Below, one piece after another: positions 29,578 through 44,503 of a stretch of 64,000 bases of DNA; the first letter of the stretch is position 1; every line of letters begins with the position of its first letter. The position numbers and the translations under genes were made by a program. The stretch comes from Eledone cirrhosa (lineage: Eukaryota): contig CAXHJY010000133.1 of the NCBI GenBank assembly GCA_964016885.1, forward strand, positions 248,001 through 312,000, in the 5' to 3' direction. The notes under the pieces are model-generated. The model did not search any database and had not been told where the DNA came from. It worked only from the letters and a program-made list of their open reading frames with translations.

Positions 29578-30094
29578 CATTCATACATAATATCTTATTT
29601 TATATAAATCATGTTTCCCAATAATCTGAAATTCGTTGACTTTGTTGGAATTATCTCCCTTTTTTCTTGTCTTTAACCTGTAAACACCCGAATCTTACAT
29701 TGTTAACCATATTAGAATTGTCTCCCTTTTTACTGATTTTCAACCTTTAAAAAACAGAAAATAACAAATAACATTTATGTTTACGTTGAATCTTAAGTTT
29801 TATAACCTCCTAGACCACCCGTGACCCGTTGAGTCACGTTCACTTCAAAATATTTTTTCAAAATCATCTTCACTTAAAAATAATATTTAAATAATTAAAA
29901 TATACACAGACATGTATATATTGTGAAATGAAACTGGAAGGCCCATATAATATATACGTGTGTGTACGTATATATATATAAATGTGTGTGTATGTGTATA
30001 CATATGTATATATGTATGTGTGAATATATATATGTGGGTGGCTGTGATCTATATACATTGGTCATAGACACACACACACATATACACACACACA

Positions 30095-30141
<47 letters not shown>

Positions 30142-31031
30142 GCTCACATATATATATATATATATATATACACACAACAACACCATCAACTCTCTCTCTC
30201 TCTCTCTCTTCCATTCTCCTTCTCTGTCTCCTCTCCCTCTCTCTATATGTCTCTTTCAATCTACTCTCTCACACCACTATCTCTTTCTCTCTACCCTTCT
30301 CTCTTTCTGTTTATGAAGGTGCCTAGAAAACCCCATATCTCGGGAACCTGTGCGTCGATTTATGCGAAACTTGTTTTATTCCATTTGTATTCCCATTTCA
30401 GGGGCTACTTCCTTTCAAAGCATTGTCCCATTATGTGCCCTTTTGGCTGTATTACATCTCAGACAAGCAAGCAAGCAAGCAAACACAGACTTTTAGTAAT
30501 ATATAGATAAATACATTTTTTGAAAAAAATGCTCTCTATTTTTGTGTATGCAAATTGATCATAAAACTGTAAAATACGGATTATAGAATATATTTAAAAT
30601 TTCTTACCTTCTCCAATAAAAAGGATCTTGTGAAATATACATATCCATTCACAGCAGTAATGAGCTTCGGTTTTCACACTCAATATATATATATATATAT
30701 ATATTGGTTAATTATTTAAGTTTGTTTAATAACGGTCTGGTTGAATGTTTTATTCAGTTTGTGTATGGAATTTTTTTCCATTGCCCATAACTTTTGAATT
30801 ATCGCCAGAAACCGGGGTTATCTCCCTTTAGAGTAACATGTACTCCACACCGGGTTTTGGTTTAGAACGAAAGCCTGTTTAGAAAGTAAATTCCTCTGTT
30901 CTATCTTCCAGAAACCTAACTTGTATACACCACAAGCGGATTTTGATGATTTCGGATTTACAGAAACCTCACTTGGATATTCAGTAATTTCCAAGTGACG
31001 GTCCAGGTATGTTATATATACAGATATGTGC

Positions 31032-31064
<33 letters not shown>

Positions 31065-31308
31065 TGTATGTATATTTTTATATGTATATATATATATGTG
31101 TATGTGTGTGTGTGTGTATTTCCTTTTCTCACTAGTCAGTTCTTTCGTTGCTACAGATCACGCGGCTAAATTAGCGGTCGCTATTTTCAATTTGCAAAGC
31201 CCTTTAAACTGTAGGTTACTCTGAGGTTTATTCCTTGTCGAGTGCTTGGCTCCACTACTGAAGGCATTCGTTGGCTTGGCTGCTGATCGAACTTCGAATA
31301 TGCTGTAC

Positions 31309-31712
<404 letters not shown>

Positions 31713-31854
31713 CCGGGGATTATTAAATTTACTAAGGTAAAATTCTATCGTTTTCTTAGCACCTTTAATTTTCTAATGCATTGTATGGCTTTTAAAATTA
31801 TTAAAATTTTACATTTCCTATTCAACAATGTTTCAAGCAAACTACAGCACTCTG

Positions 31855-31997
<143 letters not shown>

Positions 31998-32074
31998 TGT
32001 GTGTGTGTGTATGTATGCGTGTGTTGTGAGTGTGTGTGTCTATATATACATGATGATGATTACTATATCAAATG

Positions 32075-33190
32075 GAAGCCATAGCCAGGCACGCAACGTT
32101 AGGACTTGCGAGACGAGCGGTGCATAGCCTAGGGACGCCAATGCAAGCCATAGTAAGACATGCAGCGCTAGTACTTGCGAGGCGAACGGGACATAGCCCG
32201 GCGACGCCAATGCAAGCCATAACAAGACTCGCAGTGCTAGGACTTGCGAGGCGAACGAGGCATAGCCCAGTGGCGCCAATGAAATGTGTGTTTTGCGAAA
32301 GGTTGAAAAAAATCTATATGAAATGTGTGTTTTGCGAAAGGTTGAAAAAAATCTATATGAAATGTGTGTTTTGCGAAAGGTCGAAAAAAAATGTATATGA
32401 AATGTGTTTTGTGAAAGGTTGAAAAAAATCTATGTGAAATGTGTTTTGCGAAAGGTTGAAAAAAGTCTATTTGAAAGGTGTGTTTTGTGAAAGGTTGAAA
32501 AAAAAAAAAAATCTATATGAAATGTGTGTTTTGTGAAATGTCAACAAAAAAAAATTTATATTGAAAGTGTTTTTTTTGAAAGAGTCGAAAAAAAATCTGT
32601 ATGAATAGTGTGTTTTGTAAAAGGTCAAAAGAAAATCTATATAAAATGTGTGCTTTAAAAACTGTCGAAAACAATCTATATTAAAAGAGTTTTTTTTTAA
32701 AGAGTCGAAATAAAACCCTATATGAAAAGTGGTGTGTTTTTGTATAGATTGATTTTTACAGCACTTTGAAGAAAGTTTATATAAATTAGATTTCACAGTA
32801 CTTCCGAGTGATAAGACATCTTTCAAGATGGTTGAAACCTTGAGTTAGGGTTTAATCTCAGCTAGGGTTGATGTTCGGCCGTCATTTTTTTAACAATTAA
32901 ATTGGAAAGCGTGTTTTGTGAAAGGTCGAAAGAAAATCTATATAAAAAGACTTTTTTAAAAAGTGTCGAAAAAGAAATCTATATGAAAAGAGTTTTGTGA
33001 AAGGTCAAAAGAAAATCTATTAATAAATGAAATGTGTTTTAGAAAGTGTCGAAAAAAAGATCTATATGACAAGTATGTTTTGTGAAATGTCGAAAATGTC
33101 GAAATGTCGATATTAAAAGTGTGTTTTTGAGAGAGTAGAAAAAAAATCTGTATGAAAAGTGTGTTTTGTGAAAGGTCGAATAAAATCTAT
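32075..33190. repeat. Composite satellite: ~3 GC-rich ~70 bp units then a degenerating ~39-40 bp unit array
   Basis: ATGAAATGTGTGTTTTGCGAAAGGTTGAAAAAAATCTAT repeated about 20 times, with an interruption at ~32750-32900. Confidence 0.85.
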
Positions 33191-33785
33191 ATGGTGCGTG
33201 TGATTTTATTGGTGGCATAACCCCCCTCCCCCCAAGTATAACAATATATATATATATATATATTATAAAATAACAGGAGGCTGGACTGGTGTAAATCCTT
33301 GAAAGGTTTATTATACTATGATCATTTCAATGACCGGGTTCAGTATGAATCCGGTGACATCATCAGGTATTTAAAATATAACAAAGGAATATAACAGATA
33401 AAATCCATGGGGCTGAAAATCAGAGACAAGAGGACGACCGACTATTTAGCAGCTTCTACCTCAGTCAGCCGCCCTCTTGTCTCTGATTTTATATATATAT
33501 TGTTATACTAGGGGAGGGTCATATTGTTGTAATATTGTCAAAAGTAATTACAAAACACACTCACTGTTTGGTTGGTTTTCGCTTCTGTATCTTATATCTC
33601 CATAGTTAATTTATTTGGCAATCAATGTTTATCATTGATTGACCAGCGGTTAAAAATACAGACATCAGATATAAATATATATATAGTCTATCAAAGTTCT
33701 TTCGTTGCACACCTGTAACATCATCAGTGGTACTATTATGTTTCCTCCTATTGCATTGTATTGTATGTCTACGCCATTTTTATTT

Positions 33786-33832
<47 letters not shown>

Positions 33833-34542
33833 TTCTTGTCTCTGTCTCTGCGCATGCGTTTGCGTGTGTGTATAATGATTGGTGTGTGTGTTCGTGTTTG
33901 AGTGTATGTGTTTTTGTATTCGTATTCTATCTTTGTTCACAATATATATATATATGTATGTATGTATATTTTTATACACGATCTCATGTAAAAGTCAACC
34001 CTAGTATGCTTAATTGTTGTATTTGTTTTGTTTTTTCTCAATTTTATTTTCGTGCTTTATCTAGGACTTATGATATTTTCATTGAATACAACGTTTTGCA
34101 TTGGCCCCTAAAGTACTACCGTAGTCCCCCGTTGGGCCCACTTGCCATCAGGCAAGCTGACTGCATGGCCAGTCCTCCACTGTATATATATATATGTGTG
34201 TGTGTGTGTTTGCAAAAGGTTAACGGAAACAACAAAGAAAACAGTATAGTACAATGAAGTAATATATTAGTATAACGTTTGTTACAGTAGGAAAAGAGTC
34301 TTTGCGTTTCGGACAATATTCCCTCATCAGAAGATAGAATCAGAAATAAAAAATGAAATAAAAATGGCTGACTATTTCATTCTCTCTCTCCTTCTCCCTC
34401 TCTCTCAACAAATACACACTCAGTCTCTCTCTCTCTACACACACACAACAATCAATATATACAACATATGGTGGACATGATATATTTATTTTGTAAAAAA
34501 GCAGGATTTAAATAGAAACAAAAACACTAGACCACTATGTGA

Positions 34543-34615
34543 GCCTCCATAGCTCAGTGGTTAGAGCACTGGTCTTGTAAACCAGGGGTCGTGAGTTCAA
34601 TTCTCACTGGGGGCT
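34543..34615 (+). tRNA. tRNA-Thr(UGU)
   Basis: 73-nt cloverleaf GCCTCCA..CTGGT-CTTGTAA-ACCAG..GTGAG-TTCAATT-CTCAC-TGGGGGC-T; downstream T-run. Confidence 0.95.
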
Positions 34616-34755
34616 TTCCATTTTTTATTTTTATAAAAATAATTATGAAATGACGTGTGTCTGTTCGTATATACATATATAAACAAACACACATACACAC
34701 CCACATATATATATACATGTGTGTATATGTTTTAACAACACATACATACATTCAA

Positions 34756-34805
<50 letters not shown>

Positions 34806-34901
34806 CACCCATACCTACACACGCACATACAGCCACATACACAGTCATACATACACATACACACACACACACACACATATATATACTGTATATATATATA
34901 T

Positions 34902-35084
34902 AATTGTTTCGACTTTTGGCACAAGGCCAGCAATGACCCAGTGTATTACTGGTACTTTATTTTATCGACCCAGTAAGGACGAAAGGCAAAGTTAACCTCG
35001 GCGGGATTTGAACTCAGAATGGCAAGGACCGTAACTCTATGCGTCGAAGCATGGCGTCCGACCCTCTACCGATACTGCCAATCC
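34902..35084 (-). mobile_element. tRNA-derived SINE (octopus-type)
   Basis: Reverse complement of the SINE at 41200-41388. Confidence 0.75.
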
Positions 35085-35196
35085 TCTATATATATAATAA
35101 AAGATGAAATAGAAATGGCTGTTTTCTCTCTCTCGACACAGACACTCACCATCTCTCTCTGTCTCTCCCTTCTCTCTTTCTATCTCTCCCTGTCTC

Positions 35197-35272
<76 letters not shown>

Positions 35273-35529
35273 TATCTCTCTCTCTATCTCTCTTTCCCTC
35301 TCTCTCTCCCTTTTCTCTCCTTTCTCTCTCCCACTATCTCTCTCTTTCTCTCTTCCTCTCCCTTCACTTTCTCTCTCTCTCTCTGTCTCTCCGTTCTCTC
35401 TCTTTCTCTGTCTATCTCTGTCTCTCCCTCTTTCTCTCTCTCTCTCTATCTATCTCTCTTTTTCTCTCTCTCTCCTTTCTTTCTTTCTCTCCATCTCTCT
35501 CTCTTCTTTCTCTCCCATCTCTCTTTCCC

Positions 35530-35604
<75 letters not shown>

Positions 35605-35696
35605 ACAATCAATATATACAACACATGGAGGACATGAGTTATTTATTTTGTAAATCAGGATTTATATAACAACATAAATACAAATCGGACAAGTGA

Positions 35697-35769
35697 GCCT
35701 CCATAGCTCAGTGGTTAGAGCACTGGTCTTGTAAACCAGGGGTCGTGAGTTCAATTCTCACTGGGGGCT
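35697..35769 (+). tRNA. tRNA-Thr(UGU)
   Basis: Identical to 34543-34615; upstream TTTATATAA. Confidence 0.95.
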
Positions 35770-36011
35770 TCCATATTATATATTTTTATTCTTGGTAAAA
35801 TTAATTATGAAATAGCTTGAACACACATGTTAATGTATCTGTTCATATATACGTACATATACATATATAAACACGCAAATAATAAATTGAAGTGAAACCA
35901 ACAAATGCGTGTGTTTTTATTGGCAGCATGACCCACCCCAATTGTTACAATATCTGTTTCAACACATGTTTTCAGATAAGAAATCTTGCAAAACACACAC
36001 ACACACACACA

Positions 36012-36081
<70 letters not shown>

Positions 36082-36425
36082 AGTTTATCCCGGGTTAAAT
36101 CGGAGGTAACCACAGTAAGTAAGGTACTCAATACATAGCAGAGTATAAATATTTAAAATATAATACAGAAATGGTTTCTACAGGACTAGAACTGTTTCAT
36201 TCGGGAGAAATCATCAGGAAGCCCTATTCATACTTATATATATATTCAGTAAATAGGAATATTCCAAAGCTTGGTAGAACAAGTTGTGAGGAAAGTTATC
36301 AACATACGTTAAGGTGACTCGACAGGTTGATAGGGATTCTGTAGTGGAAACACGAACAAACGAGGAGTGTAATCAAAAAAGAGAAATAGGACGAAGGTAA
36401 ACAGTTACAAAAGGATTTAATCCAC

Positions 36426-36526
36426 GTATTAACAATTGTTTCATCAGAATTTCAGTCCATTATTGCTACACTATGTAATAATAGGCAACCAAGAAAGATA
36501 CTGTGGCATCCGAATTTTCAAAATAC
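36426..36526 (-). ncRNA. Hammerhead ribozyme, U3-A8 core variant, in a PLE-like 3' fragment
   Basis: GTATT-TTGAAAA-TTCGGA..TCTGAT-GAAAC-AATT-GTT^AATAC. Confidence 0.55.
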
Positions 36527-36538
36527 AAAGTTGAAATC

Positions 36539-36570
<32 letters not shown>

Positions 36571-37054
36571 GTGAGGTTTTTTTTACAAAATGAAAAATAA
36601 CCGAGGTGTCCTACACGAGTGAAAGTATAAAGAAAAAGAGATGAGATCGAAAATGCAACTGGAGTCTTTAAAAAGACTGCTCTGTCTTCCTATATTCTCC
36701 CTTCTTACCTGTGCCACATGTCAATGTCTCCACGTCCAACAACAGTCCTTAATATTCTCTTCTGTTTTACAAGTTCTCTTCTTTTTATACATTTACTTCC
36801 TTTCGCTAAAACCTCGCACAGTTCTCTCCCTTATTTTTATCATTTGAAACCCTAGGGAAATGTTTTCATCTATATTTCTGTAATTCCACTAAAGGCGTAA
36901 CTTGTCTCTACCTGTTTTGTTATGTCGCAATGTGCACTGGAAAGAACGGTTCCGACCTTAATTGAACGAAACTGTATTGATTTCCAGATGTTGACTGAGG
37001 AGATGAGACTGCCAGTCTTTCCGTTGTGTTTTCGTTTATCTTTGTCCTGCGTGT

Positions 37055-37107
<53 letters not shown>

Positions 37108-37255
37108 GCTATTTTATATATACATATATATGTGAGTGTGTGTGGTTATATATATTATATATACATATATATGTGAGTGTGTGTAGTTATATTTTCAGGT
37201 AATTTCATAATTACTTTTACGAACAAAAAAAAAGAGAAAAAAAAAGCATCAGGAA

Positions 37256-37328
37256 AGCCCCCAGTAAGAATTGAACACACGACCCCTGGTTTACAAGACC
37301 AGTGCTCTAACCACTGAGCTATGGAGGT
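37256..37328 (-). tRNA. tRNA-Thr(UGU), degenerate or pseudogene copy
   Basis: G1A and two T-stem substitutions relative to the intact copies. Confidence 0.7.
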
Positions 37329-37369
37329 TCACTTGCTACAAAACAGTATATGTTGCTATATAAATCGTG

Positions 37370-37403
<34 letters not shown>

Positions 37404-37986
37404 ACGAGGGACTAATTTTATAATATGTAACCCATGTGCAACCGCGCAGTATTCCTCTTTTTTCTCATGTTTTTATACATATTTACCTCGGCTGCGTTTG
37501 TCTGTTTCTCTCTTTCTCTCTTACTGCTCCCCGTTCTCTCTGTTTCTCTCACCTTCTTTCGCCCCCTCTGTCAGTTACACTTTCTGTCGACTGACCCCTT
37601 CCTCGCACTTCCACTCACTCACTCTCTGTTTCTCCCCTTCTCACTTCCTCCCGTTTGGTTAGTAGTGGGGTCCTTTCTTGCTCACATCTGACTCACGTCG
37701 GACGGTCTATATTTTGTCGCTCATGAAATTCACCCAGATTATGCTTGTTTTTTTCCTATCTTCGGTTTGCTTTCATCCTTCTATGTTGTTTACTTGTCTC
37801 ACTCGCTTTACGCGATTCACTTGTCCCAATAGCTTTTTTTAGTTATTGCTCGCACCAACCTGAGGTATATGATTTTTAATGCGATGAAATAACAATGATG
37901 GTTGGCAAATCACTGATGAGGGACTACTTTTATAATATGTAACCCATGTGCAACCACGCAGTATTCCTCTTTCTTCTCATATTTTT

Positions 37987-38021
<35 letters not shown>

Positions 38022-38469
38022 TCTAAACCCTTTGTCATGCGGGCATTTATTAATCTATCATATAATAGACATCACATCGCCTGCTCTGTCTTCCTATATT
38101 CTCCCTTCTTACCTGTGCCACATATCAATGTCTCCACGTCCAACAACAGTCCTTAATATTCTCTTCTGTTTTACAAGTTCTCTTCTTTTTATACATTTTC
38201 TTCCTTTGGCTAAGACCTCGCACAGTTCTCTCCCTTTTTTTATCATTTGAAACCCTAGGGAAATGTTTTTATCTATATTTCTGTAATTCCCCTAAAGGCG
38301 TAACCTGTCTCTACCTGTTTTGTTATGTCGCAATGTGCACTGGAAAGAACGGTCCCGACCTTAATTGAACGAAACTGTATTGATTTCCAGATGTTGACTG
38401 AGGAGATGAGACTGGCAGTCTTTCCGTTGTGTTTTCGTTTATCTTTGTCCTGTGCTGCCCCTATTTTAA

Positions 38470-38506
<37 letters not shown>

Positions 38507-38648
38507 CTATATTATATATACATATATATATGTCAGTATTTATATATATTTATATGTATATATGAACAGATAAATTAAGAAGGCTTTTCAGGCAATTTCA
38601 TAATTACTTTTACGAAGAAAAAAGAAAACACAAAAAAAGTACCAGGAA

Positions 38649-38721
38649 AGCCCCCAGTGAGAATTGAATCCACGACCCCTGGTTTACAAGACCAGTGCTC
38701 TAACCACTGAGCTATGGAGGC
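38649..38721 (-). tRNA. tRNA-Thr(UGU) with G53A B-box lesion
   Basis: GTGGATTCAA instead of GTG(A/G)GTTCAA. Confidence 0.75.
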
Positions 38722-38936
38722 TCACTTATTACAAAACAGTATATGTTGCTATATAAATCCTGATTTATTTTAAAATAAGTAACTTAAGGCCACCATGTGT
38801 TGTATATATGGTTGTATATATTGATTGTGGTATGTGTGTCTGTGTGCGTCTGTGCCTGTGGGGAGTGAGGGGGGGGGGCTCAGATTGATCCTTGATCATA
38901 CATACATATACACACATACATACATATATGTATATG

Positions 38937-39038
<102 letters not shown>

Positions 39039-39086
39039 TATATATTAGAAAGTGAAGAAAAACCACAGACCCTCCATCTCAACTCA

Positions 39087-39124
39087 CCTTTTGAAAAGCA
39101 GAAGAACTGCGAAACCGGTAAAGG
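39087..39124 (+). ncRNA. 38-nt minimal hammerhead ribozyme, U3-A8 core variant
   Basis: CCTT-TTGAAAA-GCAG-AAGAA-CTGC-GAAA-CCGG-TA^AAGG, then AATAAA; decayed copy at ~27052-27090. Confidence 0.65.
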
Positions 39125-39193
39125 AACCAAATAAATATATATATTTAAAAAAAAAATAAGACTTCAGTTGCATTTTCGATTTCATCTCTTTTT

Positions 39194-39227
<34 letters not shown>

Positions 39228-39330
39228 AACAATACAATATAATTACCTCCTTACCAGAGGTTTTCCGAATAAGACGAATACGGAAAACGTCCTCATTCGT
39301 TCATCGGACAAGGCAATTTGTAAATTGTAA

Positions 39331-39407
39331 ATTGCCTTGTCCGATGAACGAATGAGGACGTTTTTCGAAATTCGTCTTATTCGGGAAACCTCTGGTAATG
39401 AGGTAAT
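39331..39407 (+). ncRNA. Hammerhead ribozyme (CCGAUGA core) in a ~200 bp palindrome (39225-39428)
   Basis: ATTGCCTTGT-CCGATGA-ACGAATGAGGACG..CGTCTTATTCGG-GAAAC-CTCTG-GTA^ATGAGGTAAT; copies at 45364-45440, 48451-48527, 51482-51558. Confidence 0.65.
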
Positions 39408-39507
39408 TATATTGTATTGTTTATTATACATTAAATTTAGCTCGGGTACTTACATAGAGCACTCTTCACTCCTATGACTTTTTCAATTTTCAACGGAAAC
39501 GTCAATA

Positions 39508-39566
<59 letters not shown>

Positions 39567-39997
39567 TAAACACTTTGTCATGCGGGCATTTATTAATCTA
39601 TCATATAATAGACATCACACCGCCTGCTTTGTCTTCCTATATTCTCCCTTCTTACCTGTGCTACATGACAATGTCTCCACGCCCAACAACAGTCCTTAAT
39701 ATTCTCTTCTGTTTTACAAGTTCTCTTCTTTTTATACATTTTCTTCCTCTGGCTAAGATCTCGCACAGTTCTCTCCCCTTTTTTATCATTTGAAACCCTA
39801 GGGAAATGTTTTCATCTATATTTCTGTAATTCACCTAAAGGCGTAACCTGTCTCTACCTGTTTTGTTATGTCGCAATGTGCACTGGAAAGAACGGTCCCG
39901 ACCTTAATTGAACGAAACTGTATTGATTTCCAGATGTTGACTGAGGAGGTGAGACTGCCAGTCTTTCCGTTGTGTTTTCGTTTATCTTTGTCCTGTG

Positions 39998-40050
<53 letters not shown>

Positions 40051-40202
40051 CTATATTATATATACATATATATATGTGAGTATTTATATATATTGATTGT
40101 GGTATATGTGTGTGTCTGTGCCTGTGGGGAGGGTGGGTGGGCGGGGGGGGGGGGGGGCGCATAATGATCCTTGAACATACATAAATATACACACATACAT
40201 AC

Positions 40203-40309
<107 letters not shown>

Positions 40310-40363
40310 AATGGCGTAGGACAGAAAAAAGGAGAGGCACAAAAACAAAGAAAAGAATCCCAA

Positions 40364-40404
40364 GTCACTGAAGAGGTCACAGAATGTGACGAAAGAACTT
40401 TGAC
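40364..40404 (+). ncRNA. Minimal hammerhead ribozyme in PLE 3' end
   Basis: GTCA-CTGAAGA-GGTCAC-AGAAT-GTGAC-GAAA-GAAC-TT^TGAC; homolog at ~52961-53003 (-). Confidence 0.6.
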
Positions 40405-41027
40405 AATATATAAACAACCATCCGGTTGTGGAACCAACCAGCCAACCGGAAATTTTTAAATTCCTCAATTTATAAATTTATTATAATAATTTGAAGTGAA
40501 AGCATCTGGTGCGTGTGTTTCTTATTGGCAACGTGACCCTCCCAAAGTATAACAATATATATATATATATATATACATATATTCTAAACACTTTGCCATC
40601 CGGGCATTTATTAATCTATCATATAATAGACATCACACCGCCTGCTCTGTCTTCCTATATTCTCCCTTCTTACCTGTGCTACATGTCAATGTCTTCACTT
40701 CCAACAACAATCCTTAATATTCTCTTCTGTTTTACAAGTTCTCTTCTTTTTATACATTTTCTTTCTTTGGCTAAGATCTCGCACAGTTCTCTCCCTTTTT
40801 TTATCATTTGAAACCCTAGGGAAATGTTTTCATCTATATTTCTGTAATTCCCCTAAAGGCGTAACCTGTCTCTACCTGTTTTGTTATGTCGCAATGTGCA
40901 CTGGAAAGAACGGTCACGACCATAATTGAACGAAACTGTATTGATTTCCAGATGTTGACTGAGGAGATGAGACTGGCAGTCTCTCCGTTGTGTTTTCGTT
41001 TATCTTTGTCCTGTGCGGCCCCTATTT

Positions 41028-41129
<102 letters not shown>

Positions 41130-41199
41130 CGATATTATATATACATATATATATATGTTAGTATTTATATATATTTAAGGGCGGTGAATATATATTCAA

Positions 41200-41388
41200 G
41201 GGCGGTGAATTGGCAGTATTGGTAGAGCGTTGGACATGCTTTCCAACATGGAGTTACGTCCCTTTACGATATGAGTTCAAATCCCGCCGAGGTTGACTTT
41301 GCCTTTCATCCTTACGGGGTCGATAAAATAAAGTACCAGTAAAAGCACTGGATAATTGCTTGCATTGTGCCTAAAGTAGAAACAAGTA
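41200..41388 (+). mobile_element. Near full-length tRNA-derived SINE (octopus-type)
   Basis: A-box-like TGGCAGTATTGG, B-box-like GAGTTCAAATCCC, shared core. Confidence 0.8.
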
Positions 41389-41501
41389 TTTATATATATT
41401 TATATGTATATATGAACAGATAAATTAGGAAGGCTTTTCAGGCAATTTCATAATTACTTTTACAAAGAAAAAAGAAAACAAAAAAAAGAAAGTATCAGGA
41501 A

Positions 41502-41574
41502 AGCCCCCAGTGAGAATTGAACCCACGACCCCTGGTTTACAAGACCAGTGCTCTAACCACTGAGCTATGGAGGC
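41502..41574 (-). tRNA. tRNA-Thr(UGU)
   Basis: Intact cloverleaf with G52-U62 wobble. Confidence 0.92.
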
Positions 41575-41775
41575 TCACTTTTTACAAAACTGTATATGTT
41601 GCTATATAAATCCTGATTTATTTAAAAATAAATAACTTAAGGCCACCATGTGTTATATATATGGTTGTATATATTGATTGTGGTATGTGTGTGTGTGTGT
41701 GTCTGTGCCTGTGGGGAGTGGGGGGGGACCGCAGATTGATCCTTGATCATACATACATATACACACATACATACA

Positions 41776-41812
<37 letters not shown>

Positions 41813-41816
41813 AGAT

Positions 41817-42212
41817 TTGAATGGATACAGTTTAGTTGAAAGGAATTTATTGACGCGTGTTTCCGGAGGCAACGAGTGGTATTACGTGGGATCAACGGCA
41901 ACATCGTTTAAATCTCGATTGTATAGGCATTCTTACTCAATAAAACACCAGAGCCAAAGAAATGTAACAACTTTAGCAGAAAAAGCTTGGACGCTCAGGG
42001 ATAGCAATCAAAAGTTTACCCTAAAATGGGAAAAATTAGCTAAAACCCAAAGCTTTTCCAGGAGCCAAAATTTCTGCAAATTGTGTAATCTTGAGATTTA
42101 TTACATAATCACACACAAGAAGAAACTGCTGAATAACAGAATTGAACGAACATTATTCTGCCGTCACAGAACAAAAACCCTTTTTTCCCACTACAAGCCG
42201 AATATTACATAA
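41817..42212 (+). pseudogene. Truncated PLE GIY-YIG endonuclease C-terminal region
   Basis: YVGST..FKSRLYRH, LKWE, CKLCNLE, LLN, CRH; parallels the 60288-61583 protein. Confidence 0.8.
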
Positions 42213-42523
42213 AAGAGGGACATCCCCCAACTATATAAACCTTAATCTAGTTAGAAAAATATAAAAACAATCTCTTCTCAACATATATTAATAACCTTAA
42301 ATTACCATACTAATAATGAAAAGATATGCTGATGAGAATAGGTACAAATATGCGATAATGGATGTGTCTAAAAACGTCCATAAGTATGTATATATATGTG
42401 AAAATGTATATAAATAAGTAAATATATATATATGTTTGATGTGTATAGTTAGATGTAAGTGTATTCATGTATTAAAGTGCTTATATATATATATATGTGT
42501 GTGTGTATATGTATGTGTGTGTA

Positions 42524-42635
<112 letters not shown>

Positions 42636-43198
42636 TGTGTATGTATGTGTATATGGATGTGTATGTATGTGTATGTGTGTACACATGGACTAGAGTATGT
42701 ATGTATATATGTGTGTGTCTATACGTGTGTATATAAAGATAAGTTGAGTATGAAAATGTATACACATGAGCGCGTATGTATGTACATGAATACATGTGTG
42801 TATATATATGTGTATGCATGTGTATATATATGTAAGTATGAATATGTGAATTGTGAGTATATGTATTTTGTAGAGGTGTGCAAATATATTTGTGTGTGAA
42901 TGCGTGGGTGAAAGGATACGTACACTCGAAAGAAAAATTTAAGTCTGAATGTTAATTAAGTGCAAACACAAAACCAACCACGCATATCTTTACTATCTCT
43001 AATCCTTCTATAGATTTAGAAAAATAACCAATAATATATTCTATAAAAAATGTCAAAACAACAGATGGGAATCTAATTACTCACTGCCACCAAGAATTCT
43101 CACTGCTATCGAAAAACCACTCCTTCAACTATTCTTCTAACAACTTCACCCCTCCCTCCTAATATTCTCTATAAAAACTAAATAGGTCCTCAGTAATA

Positions 43199-43315
43199 TT
43201 ATTCTGATGAAATGACAGTAAATAATAACATTGAAATATTGAATGTCTGCATAACTAAAAGTTTGTAGATAGCTGTTTTAGGTTATGTAACTGTTATAGA
43301 AACACGTGTCAATAA
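43199..43315 (+). ncRNA. Type I hammerhead ribozyme with extended stem II
   Basis: TTATT-CTGATGA-AATGACAG..CTGTTATA-GAAAC-ACGT-GTC^AATAA. Confidence 0.7.
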
Positions 43316-43462
43316 ATTCCTTTCAACTAAACTGTATCCATTCAAATCTTTCTATTTTTCTCCGGATTACTTTTGGAACTACAACTGGAACCGTCGAGCA
43401 AACTCTACGTGAGCTGATAATCTACTGTGTGTAATATTTATATTACAACACAACGGAAAATA

Positions 43463-43531
<69 letters not shown>

Positions 43532-44081
43532 AAAGAATAGAGGTGTAACACACAAGTTATTATATATTGGTAAACGGAATAGAAAATGCTGACAAATTGT
43601 TCACAGTTGAAAAATGGTTTAATTAGGAATAAAAGAGTATTAGTGATTGTATGGGTTAGTATTCAGTTGTGGTTTTAAGTTTTTAAGTTTTTACCGGTTG
43701 CGCATTTCTAAATGCTTTTCAAAAATAATTTTGAGATAGAGTGTCCGTGCTGTTTGCTCTGATCTGATTAGTTTTGGGAATTCTACCTGTTTTTATGTTA
43801 AAAAAGTGGCTCCAGCGTAATTTTTGTGTTGCAAAAATGCTTGTGGTCAAAACAATTTTGATTGGTCGGTAGAGGTCATGTGAATGTAAAAAGTTGATTT
43901 TGCGCCATGACTGTTTTTATGTTAAAAAAGTGGCTCCGGCAAAAATTCTTGGTCAAAACAATTTTGATTGGTCGGTAGAGGTCATGTGGATAAAAAATTG
44001 GTTTTGCGCCAAGATTGAGAAAGACTCTTTCACAACAAATATGTGTGTGTGTGTGTATGTGTATGTGTGTGTGTGTGTGTG

Positions 44082-44125
<44 letters not shown>

Positions 44126-44207
44126 TGTGTGTGTAGTAGTAGTAGTAAGGTGTTCGATGCTGCGACAATGGCCAGCAGCGATGTGTGTCAAATGGCTATT
44201 AAGATAA

Positions 44208-44268
<61 letters not shown>

Positions 44269-44367
44269 GCATAGTAATTCGATGGTCAGTAAGAATGTGT
44301 CTGAAAGCAATGGGGGGTATTTTAGCATGTCAAAAGATATTTTTCAGCTTTTGTCTTATACGGAGAA

Positions 44368-44416
<49 letters not shown>

Positions 44417-44458
44417 AGTCTCTTTGTATGTTGATGTACGCGTGTGTATGTGTTTGTG

Positions 44459-44503
<45 letters not shown>

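Noticed and set aside
30912-31007. AG...GT-bounded exon-like segment on the plus strand
   Set aside because: Stop codons in all three frames; no linked exon seen.
32280-33190. 39-bp repeats as CRISPR or telomeric array
   Set aside because: Head-to-tail units without unique spacers; only an isolated TTAGGG.
34298-34336. Minus-strand CTGATGA-GGGA..TCC-GAAAC motif
   Set aside because: Cleavage-site U is missing (GCA); treated as decayed and not listed as a ribozyme.
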